Origin: a virus
Virus genome (UHGV): UHGV-0106768
Strand: one strand, 5' to 3'
DNA length: 44,108 nucleotides
Of this stretch, positions 39,531-44,108 are shown piece after piece. A program made the position numbers and the translations under genes. Every line of letters starts with the position of its first letter. Position 1 is the stretch's first letter. The notes under the pieces were generated by a model, which saw nothing but the letters and a program-made list of their open reading frames with translations, searched no databases and had not been told where the DNA came from.

Positions 39531-40466
39531 ATGGAAAAGTTCTGGAATTGGATCCACGATGACAGCGGCGGCAGAGTTCTTCGTCTCGAAGGTCCTATCG
39601 ACTCGGAGAGCTTCTGGGGTGATGAAATTACGCCGCAATCTTTCCGCGATGAACTGTATGCCGAGGAGGGTGACATTACACTTTGGCTGAATAGTCCAGG
39701 CGGCAATGTGTTCGCAGCAGCAGAAATTTACACGATGATACGTGATTATCCGCACAGGGTAACGATAAAAATCGCAAGCATTGCAGCATCGGCGGCGAGC
39801 GTGATTGCTATGGCAGGAAATACTGTGCAGATGTCTCCGACCGCACTCCTGTTCGTGCATGATCCGTCCACAATTGCGATGGGAAACGCCAAGGACATGG
39901 AAAAAGCCATCGCAACACTGAATGAGGTCAAAGAGAGCATCATCAACGCATATGCCGCAAAAACCGGACTCAGCAGAAACCGCATCAGCAAGCTCATGTC
40001 GGACGAGACATGGATCAATGCGAAAAAGGCGGTGGAGCTTGGCTTTGCCGATGTGATCCTCTTTGACGAAAAGAAGCCCGAACAGCCTGATCCGGAAAAG
40101 AAGGAGGAGGAAGATCCGGACGAGCCTGAGAAGCCTGATCAGGAAGGCGGTGACGATGAGGGTGATGAAAAGAAAGAGACCGAAAAGAAGCCGTTCAAGT
40201 TGGACACCGACGATGCCCTTTGGGAGTACAGTACCCGTGTCATGGGACAGACCATTCTGGGAAAGATCACCGCTTCCGCAGCAACGGAAGGCACAGAGCC
40301 GTCCGATGACGGCAAGGCAGAGGATGCACAGAAACCTTCCGAGGAAGGGCTGACCGCACCGACAGTTACAGTGCCGGATATGCCTGTGATCGGCATGGAC
40401 GGTAAAACCGCAGACGGCGCAATGCCGTATGAAATTCTGAAACAGCAGCTTGCATTTTTGAGATAA
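39531..40466 (+). CDS. ClpP-like (S14) head maturation protease with an acidic C-terminal extension
   Basis: LWLNSPGGNVFAAAEIYTMI...SIAASAASVIAMAG...FVHDPS. Confidence 0.88.
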   Translation: MEKFWNWIHDDSGGRVLRLEGPIDSESFWGDEITPQSFRDELYAEEGDITLWLNSPGGNVFAAAEIYTMIRDYPHRVTIKIASIAASAASVIAMAGNTVQMSPTALLFVHDPSTIAMGNAKDMEKAIATLNEVKESIINAYAAKTGLSRNRISKLMSDETWINAKKAVELGFADVILFDEKKPEQPDPEKKEEEDPDEPEKPDQEGGDDEGDEKKETEKKPFKLDTDDALWEYSTRVMGQTILGKITASAATEGTEPSDDGKAEDAQKPSEEGLTAPTVTVPDMPVIGMDGKTADGAMPYEILKQQLAFLR

Positions 40467-40522
40467 GGCTGGCTGTATTTTTATGCGACACCGGATTTTA
40501 TCCGGAGAAATGGAGAAAAGAT

Positions 40523-41749
40523 ATGAGCAAGATCATGGAACTTCGCAGTAAACGTAATACCCTGTGGGAGCAGACAAAGGCATTCCTTGAAAAGCACCGT
40601 GGTGAGAACGGTCTCGTGGAGGCATCCGCAGTTGAGCAGTACAACAAAATGGCCGGTGAGGTGCAGGCTCTCGGTGCAGAGATCGAGCGTCTGGAACAGC
40701 AGGCAGCCGTGGATGCGGCACTTTCCGCACCGACCTCCAAGCCCGTCACCAACGCTCCCGGCGCAAAGAACACGCCGCCCACTAACCCGACCGCAACGGA
40801 CGAGTACAAGTGTGCGTTCTGGGATATGATCCGCAACAAGGGCGATCAGCTTGTAGTCCGCAACGCACTCTCTGTCGGTGAGGACACCGAGGGCGGCTAC
40901 ACTGTGCCCGACGAGTTCGAGCGCCGTCTGATTCAGGCGCTTGAGGAAAACAACATCTTCCGCCAGATGGCAACGGTCATCAAGACCAATTCCGGTACCC
41001 GCAAGATCCCGATCGCCAATGACACGATGGAAGCACAGTGGATCGATGAGGGTGAGGAGATCCCGGAGACCGATACTCGTTTCGGTCAGACCACGCTCTC
41101 CGCATACAAGCTCGGCACAATGATCAAGATCAGCAACGAGCTTCTGCACGATTCCGCCTTCGACCTCGCAAGCTATATCGCTGCACGTTTCGGTGTAGCA
41201 ATGGGCAATGCCGAGGAGCGTGCTTTCTTCACCGGTGACGGCGACAAGAAGCCTCTCGGTATTCTCGCAGACACAGGTGGTGCGGAGCTTGGTGTGACAA
41301 CGGCATCGCAGACAACGGTCACTTTCGATGAGATTTTCGACCTCTATTACAGTCTACGTTCTCCCTACCGCCGCAACGCTGTGTTCGTCTGCAATGAAAC
41401 GCTCCTTCTCCAGCTCATGAAGATCAAGGACAAGAACGACAACTATATCTGGAAGCCTTCGCTCGACATTGCAAAGCCCGATACTATTCTTGGCAGACCG
41501 GTTCGCACCAGTTCCTTTATGCCGGCAATTGGCAAGGGCGAACGTGTGCTTCTCTTCGGCGACATGAAAAATTATTGGGTGGCTGACCGTCAGAACCGCA
41601 CCTTCCGCCGCCTGAATGAGCTGTATGCCCGCACCGATCAGGTGGGATTTATGACCACCCAGCGTGTGGACGGCCGTTTGATTCTGCCGGAATCTGTGAA
41701 AGTACTGAAAATGGCAGGCACTAAGGTAGCCGCAGGCGGCAATGCCTGA
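40523..41749 (+). CDS. Major capsid protein, HK97 family
   Basis: N-terminal coiled-coil delta-like region, then the ...EGGYTVPDEFERRLI... pattern. Position after the protease. Confidence 0.88.
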   Translation: MSKIMELRSKRNTLWEQTKAFLEKHRGENGLVEASAVEQYNKMAGEVQALGAEIERLEQQAAVDAALSAPTSKPVTNAPGAKNTPPTNPTATDEYKCAFWDMIRNKGDQLVVRNALSVGEDTEGGYTVPDEFERRLIQALEENNIFRQMATVIKTNSGTRKIPIANDTMEAQWIDEGEEIPETDTRFGQTTLSAYKLGTMIKISNELLHDSAFDLASYIAARFGVAMGNAEERAFFTGDGDKKPLGILADTGGAELGVTTASQTTVTFDEIFDLYYSLRSPYRRNAVFVCNETLLLQLMKIKDKNDNYIWKPSLDIAKPDTILGRPVRTSSFMPAIGKGERVLLFGDMKNYWVADRQNRTFRRLNELYARTDQVGFMTTQRVDGRLILPESVKVLKMAGTKVAAGGNA

Positions 41750-41762
41750 TGAGGGCAGATAA

Positions 41763-42041
41763 GTGACTCTGATCTCACTGCCTGAAACAAAAAACTATCT
41801 CCGTGTAGATCATTGCGAGGATGACAAGCTCATCCTCACTCTGATCGATACGGCACAGCGGCTCGTGATGGATGTGGGGCGCATGACCGAAAAGCAGCTC
41901 GCGGAAAATGAGGAAACCTCCCGGCAGGCTATGCTGTATACTGTTTCGTACCTCTATGGAAACCGCAATACTGCTGATTATCATGCACTGACGCTGACAC
42001 TCAGGGCTCTGCTGTTCGCACAGAGGGAGGGCATTGTCTGA
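41763..42041 (+). CDS. Head-tail connector (gp6-like)
   Basis: LPETKNYLRVDHCEDDKLILTLIDTA pattern and position. Confidence 0.7.
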   Translation: MTLISLPETKNYLRVDHCEDDKLILTLIDTAQRLVMDVGRMTEKQLAENEETSRQAMLYTVSYLYGNRNTADYHALTLTLRALLFAQREGIV

Positions 42042-42400
42042 TGGAGATCGGTAAACTGAATCAGCGCATCGCCGTCCTTGAAAATCATGTCAAAAAAGAT
42101 GCGATCGGCAATCACAAGGCTCAGTGGGAGGAGGTGTTCTCACTCTGGGCATCTGTGACTGTATCCAATAACGGTGCTTCTGAGGAGACGGATACCGGCG
42201 TGACCAGAGCGATTCAGAAGATTGAGGTCATCATCCGGCAAACTCCGCAGACAAAAAGAATGTCCTCAACGCTTTATCGCATCCGCTTTGACGGTCTGGA
42301 CTACGACATCAAAGGCATTGTGCCGAATTACCAGACGCAGGACTATATGAAGCTGATCTGCGAATCCAGAAAGGCAGGTGCGAAGGATGACATCTATTGA
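42041..42400 (+). CDS. Head closure / head-tail adaptor protein
   Basis: ATGG overlap with the upstream gene. LNQRIAVLE...W..V..LWASV pattern and position. Confidence 0.65.
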   Translation: MEIGKLNQRIAVLENHVKKDAIGNHKAQWEEVFSLWASVTVSNNGASEETDTGVTRAIQKIEVIIRQTPQTKRMSSTLYRIRFDGLDYDIKGIVPNYQTQDYMKLICESRKAGAKDDIY

Positions 42401-42755
42401 CGATCTGGCATCGGAGGTCATGAAAGGGCTGACGGAATACGCAGAGCTTGCCGATACAGCCATGAAAAAGGCTGTGAAAAAGACAGCGACCGCAGTCAAG
42501 AACGAAATTTCCGCCAATGCTCCGAAAAAGTCCGGCAGATACAAAAAGAGCTGGGCTACAAAAAAGGTCAAGGAAAACAGCCACAGCCTTGAAATGACCG
42601 TTCACAGCAAGAACCGCTATCAGATCGCACATCTGCTGGAACACGGTCATGCGAAAAGGGGCGGCGGCAGAGTTGCGGCTATCCCGCATATCGCTCCTGC
42701 CGAAGCAAACGGTGCAGATATGCTCGAAACGCTCATCAAGAAGGAGTTATCGTGA
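42387..42755 (+). CDS. HK97 gp10 family morphogenesis protein
   Basis: APKKSGRYKKSW...YQIAHLLEHGH pattern. Confidence 0.7.
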   Translation: MTSIDDLASEVMKGLTEYAELADTAMKKAVKKTATAVKNEISANAPKKSGRYKKSWATKKVKENSHSLEMTVHSKNRYQIAHLLEHGHAKRGGGRVAAIPHIAPAEANGADMLETLIKKELS

Positions 42756-43069
42756 GCTACGAAGAGATCAATGAGATGATGCAGGAGATCGGGCTGCCAT
42801 TTGCGTATCATCACTTCGCAGAGGGTGAAAGCCCCGATCCGCCCTTCACATTGTTTCTGTCTCCCGGCGAGGATACCTTTTCCGCAGATAATTTCATGTA
42901 CCACAGCTTCAAAGAGCTGCACATCGAGCTTTATACGGATGAAAAATCGCCGGATACGGAACAGCGTGTGGAGGAAGTGCTGACACAGCACAACATCTAT
43001 TACACAAAATCTGAGGTATGGATAGAGTCTGAAAAGCTCTACGAAGTCCTCTATATCATGGAGGTATGA
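42752..43069 (+). CDS. Tail component (tail terminator/completion-like), hypothetical
   Basis: GTGA overlap, AAGGAG RBS, and position between gp10-like and major tail genes. Confidence 0.5.
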   Translation: MSYEEINEMMQEIGLPFAYHHFAEGESPDPPFTLFLSPGEDTFSADNFMYHSFKELHIELYTDEKSPDTEQRVEEVLTQHNIYYTKSEVWIESEKLYEVLYIMEV

Positions 43070-43073
43070 AAAA

Positions 43074-43715
43074 ATGGCACTTCAGAAAAACAAAGTCAAG
43101 TTCGGTCTGAACAAGGTCCACTATGCGAAGATCACCGCATGGAGCGATGAGGGTGTGCCCACCTTTGCAACTCCGGTGCGCCTGCCCGGTGCGGTGTCGC
43201 TTTCTATCGATGCCAACGGCGAGAACGAGAACTTTTTTGCCGATAACGGCGTGTACTACGTCATCAACAACAATGCTGGCTACGAGGGTGACCTTGAGGT
43301 GGCGCTCATCACCACCGACTTTGCAACAGCAATTCTCGGTGAACAGCTTGATGCAAAGGGTGTTCTTGTGGAGCGTAACGATGCCGAGACCTCGCAGTTT
43401 GCACTGCTCTTCGAGTTCAACGGCGACAAGAACCACATCCGTCATGTGCTGTACTGCTGCTCGGCATCCCGTCCCTCGACCGAGAGTTCCACTACGGAGG
43501 AGTCCACTGAGGTCAAGACGGAGACTCTCTCGATGAAGGCAACGGCACTTCCTGACGGTCTGGTGAAGTCCAAGACCTGTGAAAGCACCGACCAAACAGC
43601 GTATGATAACTGGTACAGCTCTGTGTATATCCCTGTGGCGGCAACCACCAACAGCACAAGGTCGGCTGCAAGCAGTTCCGGCACATCGACTGCATCTACA
43701 AGCACAACGAAGTAA
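43074..43715 (+). CDS. Major tail protein
   Basis: Position. N-terminus FGLNKVHYAKIT...PVRLPGAVSLSIDANGE, typical of siphovirus major tail proteins. Ser/Thr-rich C-terminus. Confidence 0.75.
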   Translation: MALQKNKVKFGLNKVHYAKITAWSDEGVPTFATPVRLPGAVSLSIDANGENENFFADNGVYYVINNNAGYEGDLEVALITTDFATAILGEQLDAKGVLVERNDAETSQFALLFEFNGDKNHIRHVLYCCSASRPSTESSTTEESTEVKTETLSMKATALPDGLVKSKTCESTDQTAYDNWYSSVYIPVAATTNSTRSAASSSGTSTASTSTTK

Positions 43716-43727
43716 GGAGAGAATATC

Positions 43728-44108
43728 ATGGCTATCAAGAAAAATATCACAATCGACGGCATCGAGGTTCCTTTCAAGGCGAGTGCTTCCCTGCCCCGCA
43801 TTTACCGTGCAAAATTCCGCAAGGACATCTTCAAGGATTTCGCCGCACTGAAGGACTCTGTGGACGAGAGCGATGAGCAGGATTCCGGTCTCGGCATCGA
43901 GAGCCTTGAGGTCTTCGAGAATATCGCATGGACGATGGCGAAGCACGCCGATCCGGAGAACGTTCCCGACAGCCCGGACGACTGGCTCGAACAGTTCAAC
44001 TGCTTCTCGATCTATGAGGTGCTGCCGCAGCTTTTCGAGCTGTGGGGCATGAATCTGGAGACACAGGCAGAGTCAAAAAAAAATCTCGCCCAGTTGACCG
44101 CGAGATGA
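43728..44108 (+). CDS. Tail assembly chaperone (G-like), with an A9 slippery run near its 3' end
   Basis: Position immediately after the major tail gene. A-run at 44074-44082. The stop codon is the last 3 nt of the window. Confidence 0.6.
   Translation: MAIKKNITIDGIEVPFKASASLPRIYRAKFRKDIFKDFAALKDSVDESDEQDSGLGIESLEVFENIAWTMAKHADPENVPDSPDDWLEQFNCFSIYEVLPQLFELWGMNLETQAESKKNLAQLTAR

Overview
The window looks like one continuous stretch of a tailed-phage or prophage genome, with gene content typical of Clostridia-type Firmicutes elements. Every credible gene is on the + strand.

Gene order:
- 105-2033: ImmA/IrrE-like peptidase fused to an XRE HTH, broken by an in-frame TAG.
- 2040-2674: about 630 bp with no credible ORF, holding two terminators and a heavily base-paired leader.
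- 2675-3397: sigma-70 region-4-like regulator.
- 3.5-15.8 kb: replication module. It contains a DUF2800 nuclease, a DUF2815 SSB-like protein, an intein-containing family A DNA polymerase, DUF932, VRR-NUC, HNH, an SNF2 helicase, a MazF/PemK-like protein and a prim-pol/D5-type primase-helicase.
- 15.85-16.08 kb: iteron and AT-rich candidate origin.
- 16.1-26.8 kb: metK, a second HNH, nrdD/nrdG, and three DNA methyltransferases (ParB-fused, one broken by an in-frame TAA, and a 765-aa C5 enzyme with many tandem TRD-like repeats).
- 26.9-34.9 kb: accessory array of about 15 small genes (DUF4314, amidoligase, GGCT/AIG2-like, DUF3846 and others). They are organised as cassettes with nine near-identical promoter-leader units and repeated GC-rich intergenic modules.
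- 34.99-44.1 kb: HK97-type packaging, head and tail genes. These are a P27-type terS, a terL carrying a class-3-like intein, portal, ClpP-like protease, major capsid, connectors, major tail protein and a tail chaperone.

Most noteworthy:
- The structured leader upstream of the sigma-like gene.
- The promoter-leader cassette array with ICE-type accessory genes. This is my best candidate for an undescribed host-takeover or anti-defence region.
- Two LAGLIDADG inteins.
- Three conserved genes each broken by one in-frame nonsense codon (TAG, TGA, TAA), plus one frameshifted small gene.

I found no tRNA, CRISPR array, integrase or transposase. All family names come from motifs recognised by eye. 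No database search was run.
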